From Eledone cirrhosa (Eukaryota), in assembly GCA_964016885.1 (NCBI GenBank), contig OZ024751.1, positions 15,314,001-15,378,000 of the forward strand: 64,000 nt of DNA. Direction: 5' to 3'. Shown here in pieces: positions 1-14,269 of the stretch. The translations under genes and the position numbers were made by a program. Every line of letters begins with the position of its first letter. The first letter of the stretch is position 1. The notes under the pieces were generated by a model that saw only the letters and a list, made by a program, of their open reading frames with translations, was not told where the DNA came from and made no database searches.

Positions 1-167
1 TCATAATCTGTCTAACCTAATAAATATTGGCAAGAGAATGTCCTATATATCCTCCTATAAAATATATAGTTAATTGTGTTGTATACATTATTATGAAAAG
101 AAACTGCAACATAAACAAGAACAACATTCACAATAAAATAAATCCTGGGCAATGAATATTATCTGTT

Positions 168-370
168 TTAATCCTTTAGCATTTAAACCAGACATATTCG
201 GCCTGAATTCTCTCACCTCTTTCTGTTCAAACTGGCCAGAACCAGCTGCTCATACTTATATTAAGGTATTGTTCTCAAAATAAATAATATCAAATTCTCA
301 TGGATTCGATATTATGTGAGATAAAGCCTTTACCACAAAAATACAATAGTATATATAGTGTAATGTAAAT
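168..370 (+). mobile_element. piggyBac-like MITE family A, right-truncated copy
   Basis: Starts TTAA-TCCTTTAGCATTTA; body shared with the other family A copies. Confidence 0.7.
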
Positions 371-1248
371 AGGAAATCCATTGTTTAGTATGAATATAGG
401 GTCTAACTAGAATCTTCCTACTGTTAATTAGAAAATATTTCTTCACCAACCACATACAACAAACAAACTGCTCAATAAAACCAGTGTAAAAGCTATAGTT
501 GCCTGTCTGCCTGATGATGTGAAGAAAACAGGAAATGTGATATATGTGGATGTCGTCTTCTTTTGAAAGCTGGCTATATTAATCACATGAAATCATACTT
601 TTATACTCAGAAAAAACAGTTTACTGATACCGATACTTTTTCCATGCCTAAAAAATACTACTTGCGAATTGTGCAGTGAAGTGTGTAAGTCAAAAACTGG
701 ACTGCAAAGACATATGCACAAGAATGTCATTCAACAGACATAACTAATCCATTCCTTAGAGTTTTGCCTGTCATATTATTGACTGTAGACCAGTCATGAG
801 CAAACTGCAGTTCATGGGACGTGCTGTCCCACATTTGACTTTCTAAATGGCACGCCTAATGAAAAATTACCTTGAATTATTTTAGTAGTGTTGCTCACCT
901 TATGATGTGCCATATCTCATGCAGTCCACTGCTCAAAAAGGTTGCTAATGCATGCTCTATACCATGTAAATCATCAGCTGGTCTTAAGAGTCATCTCGGT
1001 GCACATGTACATACAACAGTAAGGTTTAACTGAACAATTAAAAATGAGACAGCTGTCATCTGACAAGATGAAGTAATCATCATCATTATCATGTGTGTGT
1101 GTGTGTGTGTGTGTGTATTCTGATGTGGTCCATACATACTTGACTATTTGCATTAATGTTTTGTGAAGAAACAGCATAAATTTGTGCATATGTTGAATAA
1201 AAAAAACTGGAAGTCTGCAAAGAAAGATAAATAATTTTAACCCTACAA

Positions 1249-1300
<52 letters not shown>

Positions 1301-1303
<3 letters not shown>

Positions 1304-1526
1304 AAGGTTTTATTTAAAATTGTTGGGTTACAAGTAAATATTTACTACCCAGACAGCTTCCTAATTTAATGGTCGCTTATAATATGGTACGTCAAAATTA
1401 TTTATAAAACTGTTTATATATTGTATTTTATCTGACGAAGGCATGCCATATTTTTAATATGGTATCCCTGAAATATGTATAATGAAATAAATATGGTTTT
1501 ATAAATATAGTTTCCATTTGGTTAAT

Positions 1527-1533
<7 letters not shown>
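1301..1533 (+). mobile_element. short non-autonomous Penelope-like insertion (inverted 43-nt tail plus forward HHR-bearing segment) in (TA)n
   Basis: 1344-1533 closely matches 53208-53398; 1301-1343 is the reverse complement of ~53438-53483; TA microsatellite on both sides. Confidence 0.7.
1417..1495 (+). ncRNA. type I hammerhead ribozyme motif
   Basis: CTGACGA (1432-1438), long stem II, GAAA (1470-1473), self-complementary stem III ATATGTAT, AUA triplet (cut after 1481), stem I TATTTTAT/ATGAAATA extendable by 6 bp past a bulged G. Confidence 0.72.
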
Positions 1534-1576
<43 letters not shown>

Positions 1577-1800
1577 CTTTTAATGACCCCTTTCCCTGCT
1601 AGCAAGATATATGTATTTGTGTATTTATGTATGTGTGCATGTATGTTTTATATGTAGATTTATGTATGTATGTGCATATGCATATATATATATATATTTA
1701 TGTATGTGTGTATGTTTTATATGTAGGTTTATTAATATATGTATGTAAATTAACATGAAATCACATACACATATATGCATGTATATACGTATGCATGCAT

Positions 1801-1851
<51 letters not shown>

Positions 1852-2436
1852 CATGTATGTTTAAATGGGCACGTGTATTTTATCATTGCTGATCAAGTTT
1901 CATGTGAAGCTGAAACTAAAATAACAGACTTGATTAAATATTCACGCTTCAAATTACTCTAAATGACTGCAGAAAGATGTTAACCTAATCTGTAGGTATT
2001 CTAGAGCCATGTTAAAATGACCAACAGACAAAGAGATATATGTTAGCTGCTAAAATTATAAATGAAATTAAGCAGAGGTAATTTAGTAAGCAGGTAATGA
2101 TAAACTTAATATCTCTTCCATATTTCCACAGAAATCTGGAGCAATAAAAATATGTTTGGTGAGAATGAAAGAGGTAATGTGTACCGAGGTATGGATTTTC
2201 AGGGTGGGTGGAGCATTTCTCTGTAAAAATTTGAGAATATGTAGTATGGTAAATTATAGGTATCTGATAACAAATATGTATGTGTAAGGTTTGAGGGGAG
2301 GGAGCAGTCAGCAAAAATAAACAGGAAAAAAAATTAATTCTAAAAAAATAAAATACTAAATTCTACTTTGATTTCAGCTGAAAGTCTGTTTCTATGTAAT
2401 TCTATATTAAACTTAAAATTTATGTTTAATTTCCAG

Positions 2437-2543
2437 GTTCTTATGAACGGGAACTTGCTACAAAGACTTTGATGATACAATCCAAAAGGTTCTACCTGGA
2501 TGTTAAACAGAATAGAAGAGGAAGATTTATTAAAATTGCTGAG
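2437..2543 (+). CDS. Pur-alpha: Pur-alpha/beta family protein, internal coding exon (PUR repeat I); upstream exon with start codon lies outside the window
   Basis: ttccag|gt TCT TAT... translates [35 protein letters not shown]|gttcgt, the PUR repeat I signature; 107 nt, phase 1 to 0. Confidence 0.95.
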
Positions 2544-5500
2544 GTTCGTAGAGTGTTCTTGTTTTTAATAAATGTTTTAAAATATTTTGTTCTAAATTTT
2601 ATTTATTTTTAGATATTATCAATGACTTTCAGAGTGCATGTTGTTGTTTAGCCGTAGCTTAGCTCTAACTGAGCAAATATATGATCAAAAGTGTTCCAGT
2701 CATAGCCACCCTGTCCTTCTATCGAGCATTGTATATTGATGACAACATTATTCAATGCGCATCTTCCTTTTATTAAGATGACAGGGTGTAATTTGAAGGA
2801 CATCTGGCTAGTATTACCATTGTATTAAGATGGCAGGGTGTAATTTGAAGGACATCTGGCTAGTATTATCATTGTATTGAATATTTCAATAGATAAAGGG
2901 TAAAAAGGTAAAGACCCCCTTTTGTCACGAATGACCATGGGTTTTGCACCTAGAAAGCCCAGGCAAGATGTTTTTGTGGAAGACCAGCAGTTGCCCATGC
3001 ATACCAGTCTTCCCTCTCCAAGCCTCTGATGTCCAAGTGAAAAGCTAAGGCTGATACAGTTTGGCACTAGTGATGTTGCAACTCATTTCTACAGCTGAGT
3101 GAACTGGAGCAACATGAAATAAAGTGTCTTGCTCAAAGACCCAACACACCACCTGGTCCAGAATCCAACACCGCAGCTATGAGGTTTAGTTGTCAGCTCA
3201 TTAGTCCTTTTAATAATTATTATACTGTTGTACACTTTGGCAAGGCTCTTTCTTCTGCTTGCCACAGTCAAAGAATGAGGTAAGGGTACCACAGTCTACC
3301 TGTTGGAGGTTGATTGTGGTACTTATAATTGAATGATTTATAGCAAAAGGAGGTGTTTAAAAGGAAAAGCTTAAGCTACATTGAGAAAGTCCACTCATTA
3401 TGTAGGAGCTCTATATTATGATAGTGAGGATCATGGTGATGGTATTGCTAATAGTGGTGGTGATAATGATGATGATATTGTTAATAATAGTGAAGATCAT
3501 GCTGATGGTGATAGTGATGATGGTATTGTTGATAGTGGTGGTAATGATGATGGTATGGTTGATAGTGGTGGGGATAGAGTTGATTGTATTGCTGATAATG
3601 GTGGGGATAGAGTTGATTGTATTGCTGATAATGGTTGTGATAGAGATGACATTATTGTTAATACTGGTGATGGTTTTGTTGATTGTGGTGGGGATAGTGA
3701 TGATGGTATTGCTGATAATAGTGGTGATACTGACACTTTTTTTTTTTTTAATCTTAATAAGTAAGTCTGGTGACAGTTAAACAGCCTCTATTTTGAGGGA
3801 GTCCATTCACTTCAAGATCTAGTTGAGATCATCATCATCATCGCTTTTATGTCCATTTTCCCATACTCGAATGGGTTGAATGGGTCCTTTTCAGCATAGC
3901 ATCTCTCCACTCAACACATTCCTTCCTCATCTCCTCTGTGGGTCTTCACAATTTGATATCAACTTTTGCCACCTCTGCCCAGGCCTGAGTAGGTTAATTC
4001 TTTCATTCTGTTCTGTTTTAAATACATCAGGTACACTACATGTATATATATATACATACCTGTAGTTTATACATACCTGAAATCTCTACATACCTGTAAT
4101 CTGTATATACCTGTAGTCTATGCATACCTGTTGTCTATGCATCCATAATACTTATTAGTATATGATCTATTATCTTAGGAACAGAAATTTAACAGTGATT
4201 ACTAAAATACTTAATGAGTAGTTTGAAATGGGAGTCTACATTTCACATCTGGCCTGAGACTATTACCAGCTTTTACACCTGCCTGGATATGGCTGTTCTA
4301 CTTATCCCACCTGATACTTTCAGAATTTCTTGTTTGTTTCTCTACACCAAACAACAATCATTCAGGTGAACTCTAAAAGATTAAAGGGACTATAAAAGAC
4401 CATTGAAATTACCTGATATATCAACAGACACCTTAGATTGCACTCATCATCATCTATTCTATGTACTATACATGCACCTTTGATATTTTGTAGTGCACCT
4501 GAGCACTGTACACAATAATTTTCATCATTATTATTATTATCATCATCATCATTATCTTTGTTATTTAATGTCTGTTTTCCCTGCTAACAAGGGCTGGATG
4601 TGTTACAGACCGTTCAATACTCATACAGAGCTACTGACCTCCAGGTGGGTTGGGGCATGCATTCTACTTACATATATTCCCATACTCTATCAATTGCTAC
4701 CAAGTACATTTTACTCCTGTCACCAGCACTAGGGAAGCTGTTATGTCTTTGATACAGTTGAAGTGTCCTCTTGACCCTTTTGCTTGTCAAGTTTTCTATA
4801 GCTGGATGCTCTTCCTATCACCAACCACTTTACAGAGTGCACTGGATGCGTTTATGATGTAGATCAACAATGCTAGGGGGGTTGTCATGTCTATAGTACA
4901 ACTAAAGAGTCCTCTTGACTTTACACTACTTATATTAATCAATATCATTGAGAGGTGATATTTAAAACAAACTATGCTAGTTATGTTAATGATAGACTGA
5001 TGTCATAACAGCACAGTAGTTCAGTAAGGCTGGCTTATTATAATAGAGTCTCCATCAATTTCTACGGCGCATGTTTGATTTTTTGATCAATTGTACATCC
5101 AACTCATTGAATTAATGTATAAGTGGCTGTGTATTCCACAGACACGTGTACTCTTAATGTAATCCTCAAGTTGAATTGGAGTATCATCATTGTCATCATC
5201 ATCATTTTACATCCACTTTTACATACTTGTATGGGTCGGGGCAGGATGGTTCGAGACAAAGTTTTACAGCTGGATGCCCTTTTTGATGCCAACCATTTTA
5301 GTTGCCTCTTATGGTATGCTACACCTATTCTAAAAACTGGGAAATGTGACAAAGCTGGCTGTGTTTCGAAGAATTCATCTGAAAGGATTCCACACAGTTT
5401 CTGTCTACCTAATTGGGTTCACCTGAGGTTATGATAAAGACACTTGTCCAAGATGTCACTCAGTGGGATCAAACCTGGGACCTCATGATTAACAAGCAGA

Positions 5501-5626
5501 CTACTTAACCACCCAGCCATGCACAAAGCTGGTTTATATTGTATTAGGGACCCACATTTATGGTATGTTACAGGACATTCTTGTTTACCATGTATTAAGC
5601 CATACTAAATACATATTTGGAATAGT

Positions 5627-5855
5627 TTAACCCTTTAGCATTTACATTATACTATATTTACTATTGTATTTTTGCAGTAAAGGCTTTATCTCACATAGTT
5701 ATCGCACATAATATTGAATATATGAGATTTTTGATATTATCTATTTTGAGGACAATACCTTAACATCAGTATGAGTGGCCGGTTATAGCCAGTTTGAACA
5801 GAAAGAGGTGAGAGAATTTGGCTGGATACAGCTGGTTCAAATGCTAAAGGGATAA
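5627..5855 (-). mobile_element. piggyBac-like MITE family A (second copy at 6430-6645)
   Basis: TIR CCCTTTAGCATTTA...AATGCTAAAGGG with TTAA-like flanks, about 220 bp. Confidence 0.75.
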
Positions 5856-8537
5856 GAAAATCAAATATAGTGTGCACTGCAGACAACTCATTGGTGCAGG
5901 CATGGGATGCATATGGAGGGTATTAGTTATGTAAGGAAAATTAATAGATTTAGTATTCTGTTCAGATATTACATTTATATAAATATATAGACTTATTGAC
6001 TTAAAAACCTATGTAGGTAGTTGATTGAATCATGGCTAGAAACTTGTACATCCAGTACTGCAAAATTCATTCTAGTTTGGAACCAGAATACACAGGTTAG
6101 TTTCTAACACCTACATGTCCAACACTGTGGCTATAACATCCTTTGATTTAGTCTGAAATCACATTTTGTACTCTACAGTGCAGTGATTATTTTTAGTGAG
6201 GTCTTGTTGCTATATAGATTGTTTTAACTCTTATCCTGTACCACATGAAACCACATTTGCAAAACATTCTTAAAACATCCATACAAAATACATTATGCAT
6301 CACATTAAACATTCTTTACTACAAATTTTCATAATGATTTGTCCACTAGTAAAAACACTGTTATTTGAATGAAGAAACCTACTTTTAGACATTTTCTGCT
6401 AAATAAGTCAATTTCCCACTATAAGCTCTTTAACCCCTTAGTATTTACATTACTCTATATGCACTATTGTATTTTTGTGGTAAAGACTTAATCTTACATA
6501 ATATCGAATCTATGAGGTTTTGATATAATTTATTTTGAGAACAATACCTTTACATCAGTATGAGTGGCCAGTTATGGCCGGTTTGAACAGAAAGAGGTGA
6601 GAGAATTCTGGCCAGATACGACCAGTTTAAATGCTAAAGGATTAAACATTACAGTTATTGTGTCACATCTCACTGTGTCACACTTTAAATATTACAGTTG
6701 TGACACATCTCACTGTGTCACACTGTAAAAATGACAGTTGTGACACATCTCAATGTATCACACTGTAAACATTACACATCTGACTGTGTCACACTTTAAA
6801 CATTTCCTTCATGACATGGGCTGGATGGGCTGCCACTGTCTAAATCAGTCCAAATTTTGGAGCTACTGTCCTCGTAAAAGGTTTAGGGTCCATCTCTCGC
6901 TCATATGTTCCATTTTTAACATGTTGTTTGCCAACTATTCCATAGACTACTAAATTCATTAAATTGTTGTACCAGCACTAAAAAGGTCATGTCCTTGGCA
7001 AAGAAGATTAAAGAATTTGCTCTATTTCACATTGTCTCCATTCGTTTATTGACCAGCAGGAAGGGGTTGCCTCATCCCCAGCAGATGATGGAAGATAGTT
7101 TGATGAAAGAGAATCAGAGTGAGAGGATGCTAGAAGAGAATGTAAAGGAAGAGAGAGAGAGTGGGATAGAATCAGCATGAACAGTGTGATGGGGAAGGGA
7201 GAGTGATAGGAAGGAGGGAGTTATAGAGGAGAGAGAGTATTTGAAGTGATGGATGTCAACAATGAGTAATAGAGGAGAGAATAATGTGAGGGAGGGGAAG
7301 AGAGAGAGAAAGAAAGAAAGAAAGAGAGTGTGAGAGAGAGAAATAAGTAGCACAGATATCAATTATTTATTGTTTTTATTCGTATTTTGTTAAATCAATC
7401 AATTTAATTGTTATTTCTGCTTTCTTACTGAAAATTCTGATAAATTATTTCATGCCTTATTAATTTTTTTTCCCATTCATTTAAAAAAAAAAAAATTAGA
7501 GTTGACATTAACATTATCACCACCATGACAACCATCATTGTTACTACCATTATAACAACCACCATTGTTACTACCATCATAACAACCACCATTGCTACTG
7601 CCATCATCACTGTTATCATAAATAACAACCACAACTATTACCGTTATCATCATTATCAGAACCACCATTAATATCACCACCACCACCATGATCATTGTCA
7701 CCACCCCTGTACCTACCACGACCAACACCACCAGTATTGGCACCCCCATATTCACTACAAACGCCATCATTACCACCAGCAGCACCTCTACAACCATCTC
7801 CTCCTTCTCTTCCTCCCCTTAGAATCATAGATTGCTGTTAATCACTACTTTGATCCCCCTAAATAGCCCAGTTGGAAGTCTGTGGCCTCAGGTGGCACTG
7901 CTTTCAAATGGAACAACCTTCCAAGTTTTTACTTAAGGGTTGTATCAGTTGGAGAACCTGGCATTACCCAGGGGACATGTGTAGTACTACTCAGGGGACA
8001 GGTGTGGTACTACCCAGTGGGCAAGTGCGATACTTCTACCTGTACTTTGTAACAAACAGTGACATTAACCAGAGGACAGATGTGGTATTTCTACCTATAC
8101 TGTGTAACAAACAGTGACACTACCCAGGGGGACAGGTGTTGCACTTAACAGAAGTGGCTCTACCCAGGGGAAAAGTTACATATTAAGATATCAAATTACA
8201 CTCTGAATAGATACCTGATCTGAATATCTGCAAGAGAGTTGACACTGTACTAAAGGTAACCAACACCCTATTGTTGTTAAACTAACTTAAAACTGTAGAT
8301 CTCAGTAAGAGAGTGAACACTGAACTAAGTTGAAACTGTAGACCTCAGCTAGAGAGTGGACAGTGCACTAAAGGTAACCTGCACCCTGTTAGTGTTAAAC
8401 TAAGTTAAAACTGTAGATCCAGAGAATAGTGCTGGGATTGTTATGCATTTACCAGTACATACTAGTGTATAATTTATTGTTTTACTGGCAAAAGAAGTAA
8501 TCAGTTTCTTTACCAAACTAACAAAGTTGCTTGTGGA

Positions 8538-9055
8538 TTAACTCTTTAGCATTTAAACCGGCCATATCTGGCCCAAATTCTCTCCCTCTTTTTCTGTTGC
8601 TGTTCATACTGGATTCAAGATATCATTCTCAAAATAAACAATGTCGTCATAAAAATTTTAGTAGATTTGAGATTATATGAAATAAAACCTTTACCAAAAA
8701 TTGTGAGTGTATGTTAAGGAGGAATGTGTAATTGTGTGTGTGATTGCATAATACAATTGCTCCAGGTTGGTTCCATGTGTTGTCGCCAGTGGAATATGAC
8801 AGTGGATTCTGGTCCACAACCAATCCTTTAACATTTTTCTTCTAAAGATCTGTTATTCCTCTCCGTGGATTGTAAATGGTAAATCCATTCAAATGTCCCC
8901 GGGAGTTAAATGATCCAAAGGAATGGTAAAATCCACAGTTCTTTGAAGAATACTTTCAAGATGCCTCAAACAAAGCACACGCTCATGCGAAAAAAGGAAA
9001 AGTTGAAAATAAAATACAATAGTAAATACAGAGTAATGTAAATGCAAAGGGTTAA
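8538..9055 (+). mobile_element. MITE family A copy split by a ~300-bp insert
   Basis: Left part 8538-~8700, right part ~9010-9055 ending GGGTTAA. Confidence 0.7.
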
Positions 9056-10058
9056 ATTACATATATCATCATCATCATTGTGGTTTTTACGTCTGCTTTC
9101 CTTGCTAGCAAGGGCTGGATGATTCTACATTGACCAAGTCAGTACTGAAGCAGGGCTACTGATCTTCCAGGTAACCCAGGGATCTGTGCCCCACTTATGT
9201 ATGGTCTCACATTCCACTGAGTGCACAGGAGAGGTTGTCATGTCTTTGACACAACTGAGGGTCCTCCCAACCCCTATATATATATATATATATATATAGC
9301 AAAAAGCTATCAGAAAATCCAGTGATCTTCCAAGTGGAAGATCAAGTAGAGTCCAGGTAAAAATCCAGTTCCAGAGTGAAAGTCCAATATAGGAATTCGA
9401 TATATACATACACACACACACATATAAATCTTCCTTTTTACATCTGTTTTTCCACATTTACATGGATTTGATGGATCTTTTCCTGGATAGTTTCCCTCTG
9501 CTCTGTGTTGCGCTCCTTTGTCATCTTCCCTGTGAGGGACAGCATTTTGAGATCTGCCCTTACTAGTTCTGTCCAGGTTTCTCTTTCCCTTCCTCTACTG
9601 CAACTTCCTTCTACTGGGGATTTTTGGCAGTTCTTCAACTGACAGTTATCATCCATATGCATCACTTATCCATACCAGCATGGTCATCTCTCTTTTACAG
9701 TATATTTGATTCCCCTTGTTCTCAGAAATTATAAAATAAGCCAATGAAATCTACATTTAATAGAATGTTATGTTAATGTATTTATTTGTGAAGGCTTAGT
9801 GGTTAGGGAGTGGGGTTTACAATCATGAGGTTGTGAGTCCGATTTCCTGGCTGGGTGATGTGTTGTGTCCTTGAGCAAGATCCTTTATTTCACATGGCTC
9901 CTTCTGCCAGGAGTTGCAATTGGAAAAACTAAGGGAAACATTGTTTCCTTGGTCTGATCTGACAAGTTCTACCTTGGTAAGCAAATGAGGTCTGAGATCT
10001 TGTTTATTCAGATCAATGTCTTTATTTATTAAGTCTGTTGATGTTATTTCTATTTTAG

Positions 10059-10161
10059 GTTGGTGCTGGTGGAAAGAAGAGCCGTCTCCTTCTGGCTATG
10101 TCAACAGCTGCAGAATTTCGTGACAATCTAACAGATTTCAGTGAACACTATGCTTCATTGG
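10059..10161 (+). CDS. Pur-alpha: Pur family exon (end of PUR repeat I)
   Basis: ttttag|[35 protein letters not shown]|gtaagt; 103 nt, phase 0 to 1. Confidence 0.95.
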
Positions 10162-10489
10162 GTAAGTTCTTTGAAGTTATATATAAATTTGGTCTCATGA
10201 TTGTAAGGTCGGGGGTTTGATCTCCAGATCAGCAAGTGCATTGTGTCCTTGAGCAAGGTACTTCATTTCATGTTTTCATGTTGCTGCAGTCCACTTAGTT
10301 GAGAAAAAAGTACTAGCAGCAGGTAGGATTTAACTTCATGATGGACTTGCATCCCACCCAGGGCATGATGTGGATGGCGTGGTGTTTTGTACTGTCAGTT
10401 GCTTAATGATGCATGAAATCAGGATAAGTTCTGGCATGATGAGCTTCTAGTCTCAACATAAACTTTAATTAGTAAGTCAGAATATTGTT

Positions 10490-11235
10490 TATATATAGAT
10501 AGTGAGAACATTGTCTGAATATGCAGTAAGATTGTTGATATATTGTGAAAACATTGAATATAGAGTAAGATTGCTTATAAATAGTGAGAACTTTGTCTGA
10601 ATATAGAGCTGCGGTCTCAAACTTAAAGATTCAAAAGGCCATTACATCCTGGGAGAGAGGCACAGCAAGCCAAAAGTGTGATAAGAGAGGGGGCATGATT
10701 TCCACCAGTTATAATACTAATCTGGTAGACTGCTAAATATTTTTTCTATATCAAAATGAATACCCATCTGATAGTAAGTGGGATTTATGGATTAGTACAA
10801 AATGTAGAGGGAGAAATTACCAAGTTTTAGGAAAATATTAGTCACGAATATTGTTTTGCCATGGTCCATAGAAAAGTAGTTGTGGGCCATGTATTTGAGA
10901 TCCCTGATATAGAGTAACATTGCTTATAAATAGTGAGGACTGTCTTAATATAGAGCAAGATTGCTTATAAATAGTGAGGACTTTGTCTGAATATATAGCA
11001 GGATTGCTTATAAATAGTGAGGACTTTGTCTTAATATAGAGCAGGATTGCTTATAAATAGTGAGGACTTTGTCTGAATATATAGCAGGATTGCTTATAAA
11101 TAGTGAGGACTTTGTCTTAATATAGAGCAGGATTGCTTATAAATAGTGAGGACTTTGTCTGAATATAGAGCAGGATTGCTTATAAATAGTGAGGACTTTG
11201 TCTGAATATAGAGCAAGCATGCTTATAAATAGTTG
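10490..11235. repeat. 43-bp minisatellite
   Basis: Unit GCAGGATTGCTTATAAATAGTGAGGACTTTGTCTGAATATAGA; about 7 clean copies after the MITE, degenerate ones before it. Confidence 0.9.
10609..10906. mobile_element. hAT-like MITE inserted in a minisatellite
   Basis: Imperfect TIRs CTGCGGTCTCAAA / TTTGAGATCCCTG; 8-bp direct repeat ATATAGAG at 10601-10608 and 10907-10914. Confidence 0.6.
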
Positions 11236-11724
11236 AAACAATAGTTTTCATAGATGGTTGGATAAACAGCCTTTTTCAGTTTAATCAGTGTTGAAGTGTG
11301 ATTGCCACCAATATCAGTTAGTTAAGTGAACTGTATGTAAATAATGTGCCATTCTTTATAACACCTAACAGTATTTGAATGTGTGAATTGCAGACATGCA
11401 TTCCAAATCTCAGAGAGTACATGTCACCCAACATGTAAGTTAACATCCTCACAAAGTAGCTTTGTCTTAGATGAAACAACTTTATATTGTTTCCATCAGC
11501 TTCAGTGGTTTATAGAATACCAACCAAGAGTCCTCTCATGGCAACATACTTTCATTGTATGGTTATATATGGCAACCATCACTTTAAACCTATGAAGAAG
11601 CTATATACCAGACTTATATCTATGTTGGCGCTTCACCAGAAATATTTTAGTTTGTCATTATGAAAGAAGTAATGTTGTAAATATTGTTACATTTAAACAT
11701 ATCTTTGTTGTTGAGTGTGTAGAG

Positions 11725-11998
11725 GTATGTGGCCTAGTGGTAAGGGTGTTGGACTTAAGATCATAATACCATGGGTTCAATTCTTGGACTGGGTTATGTG
11801 TTGTGTTCTTGAGCAAAACACTTCATTTCTTATTGCTCCAGTATACTTAGCTGAAAACAAGTACTAGCTGTAGTTGGGAGTTTAACCCTGCAATGGACTG
11901 GTGTTCTGACCAGGGGTGTCTCATACTCTCAGTTGCTTAATGCCACAAAAACCAGGATAAGACCCAGTCTGATGAGCCTCCTGGCTCAAGACAGTCTT
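11725..11998 (+). mobile_element. tRNA-derived SINE type A (related copies ~2890-3205 -, 9790-9905 +, 10190-10470 +, 44100-44222 -, 45240-45505 -, 60311-60450 -)
   Basis: A box TGGCCTAGTGG, B box GGTTCAATTC, conserved core TTGTGTTCTTGAGCAAAACACTTCATTTC. Confidence 0.75.
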
Positions 11999-13048
11999 TA
12001 GACTTTATTTGTTGTTGAGTAGATATTATTTTTACAGCTTAGTCAGAGAAGAGCAATGCCCATGACTCTTTTCAGAGTCTCCAAAACTGTAGGAGAGGAG
12101 GGAGGGTGGAAGGTATCCCTCAAAATGGAGACCTTGCCTGAATGTTTGCAACATAGTTTGCAACATAGTAGGCTCTGAAAAAAGCATCCAAGAACCAGGT
12201 GGTAGTATTAAACTGGGTGGTAGATTAAGTCTACCACCCGAGTAGCCTAAAGCAGTATTTGAACTCAGAACACTAAGAGCCAGAACAAATACTACAAGGC
12301 ATCACAGCCATCACTCTTACAATTCCACCAATTTATTACCCTGGGGTGGTACATTGTCTTATCGACCCCAAAAGAATGAAAGGCAAAGTTGATTTCAATG
12401 GGATTTGAATTGAGAGCACAGAGAACCAGAACAAATACAACAAGGCATCTCACAGTTGGTATGCTCTTCATACCACTTTACAGCTTGAACTGGTTGTATT
12501 TTATCATTCCACCAAGACTCTAGAGGCAGTCTGATTGGACTGAAAAGTTCCCTCTGTATTGGTTTTTATTTAAAGTTATTGATCTAAGTGGATTGCTTTT
12601 GCTACTGCTTGTGGAGTCCATGTCTTCTCCAAATAGATTTATATTCAGAGTTATTGATCTTCTAGACTGTGGCTTGAAGGGTTTATACCTCCTCCAAACA
12701 GATTTATACTCAGAGTTATAGCAGCCTTCACTGTAGCTTGCAGGGTTCACATCTTCAACTAGAGTTAAACTCAGTTATTGCTCTCACAAACTAGCAGCCT
12801 TCACTGGCTTATAGGATTCACATCTCTAACTAGAGTTATACTCAAAGTTATTGCTCTCACAGACCAGCAGCCTTCACTGTGGCTTGAAGGGTTCATACCT
12901 CCTCCAACTAGAGTTATTGCTCTCATAAACTAGCTGCCTTTACTGTGGGTCGTTGAATCCACATCTTTCCACAAACATTGATGTAAGCTCACAGTGGGGT
13001 ATCATAACATGAAGGGTGCTCACAGAGTGGCAGTAGAAGTGTGGGTGT

Positions 13049-13460
13049 TAATAATAATAATGAAATTATTGTGTAAAGTGCTCAGGTGCACTACAACTCG
13101 TCAAAGGTGTATGTATAGTACATAGAATAATACACAAATGTCAGGGAAGTACATGTGTGTATGTGTTAGCTGTAGTGTTGGCGGATCTCGGGAAGCATGG
13201 AGGCCTTAAAGGATGCAGTGTCTCGACAGCTAACAACTGATGCAGGTAGTTTGTTCCATGCTTCAGCAACTCTGAGCGTGAAAAAATGTTTCCGAAAGTC
13301 ATGGGAACTGTGCTGTTTTCTTACTTTGTGGGCATGTCCACGTGTGTTAGACACATGGAAATCAAAAAGGTACTCAGGGTTGTTGTTGGCAACATGGTTA
13401 ACAATTTTGTGCGTGTTTACCAAGTCAGTTGCCAGGCGTCGGAGCTTCAATGTGTTGGAA
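13049..13460 (-). mobile_element. CR1-clade LINE 3' fragment
   Basis: TLKLRRLATDL..HKI.N...TRGH..K.RKQ....FRKHFFTLRVAEAWNKLP; (ATT)n tail; same family as 47288-48072. Confidence 0.85.
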
Positions 13461-13489
13461 GGTATTACAGCAGTATGTGAGTGTATGTA

Positions 13490-13566
<77 letters not shown>

Positions 13567-14017
13567 ATGCATGCATGTGTGCACATGTAAGTTATTTTAT
13601 CAAGAAATTTATCAGAATTAAAATATAAGCTAATTAATGAAGGAGGTAAATTGTTGGGATAACATGCAGAAGATCTTAAGCAACAATTTCAGATGAGGCT
13701 TATTAGAACTGAGATGAAAAAATAAAAACATATATAAGTAGAATAAATGTAGATTTTTACACAAGTATTTAATAAATTAAAATGCTAATTTAGAAAGACT
13801 AACATCAACAGCATTTCAGTAGTTTTAATAGTATAAAGGTTTCTTGTATTTCTACATGAATTATTGAGGTAATTCCTACATAGAATTTATTTGATTAACA
13901 TTTGTTTCATTTTTCAATAGGCAAAAACCAAAACTACTGTAAAGGAATATATATATTATCATCATCGCTTTTATGTCCACACACACACACACACATATAA
14001 CACATATAGAACAGCAG

Positions 14018-14076
<59 letters not shown>

Positions 14077-14092
14077 GATGTAAAAACGATGA

Positions 14093-14147
<55 letters not shown>

Positions 14148-14269
14148 GCAACACTAACATAGTTATAAAATCAATATAGAACTTAAAAGTAGGTCAACAG
14201 AAATGTAGAGGTATCGCAGTAAATTTGTATCATAAAATAGGGATACTAACTGAACATTAGTATGTGCAT

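Noticed and set aside
3381-3780. Asp/Gly-rich ORF and hydrophobic ORF
   Set aside because: Degenerate GAT/GGT repeat within a Pur intron; no splice or homology support.
11725-11800. tRNA gene
   Set aside because: A and B boxes continue into a multi-copy SINE body; no intact cloverleaf.
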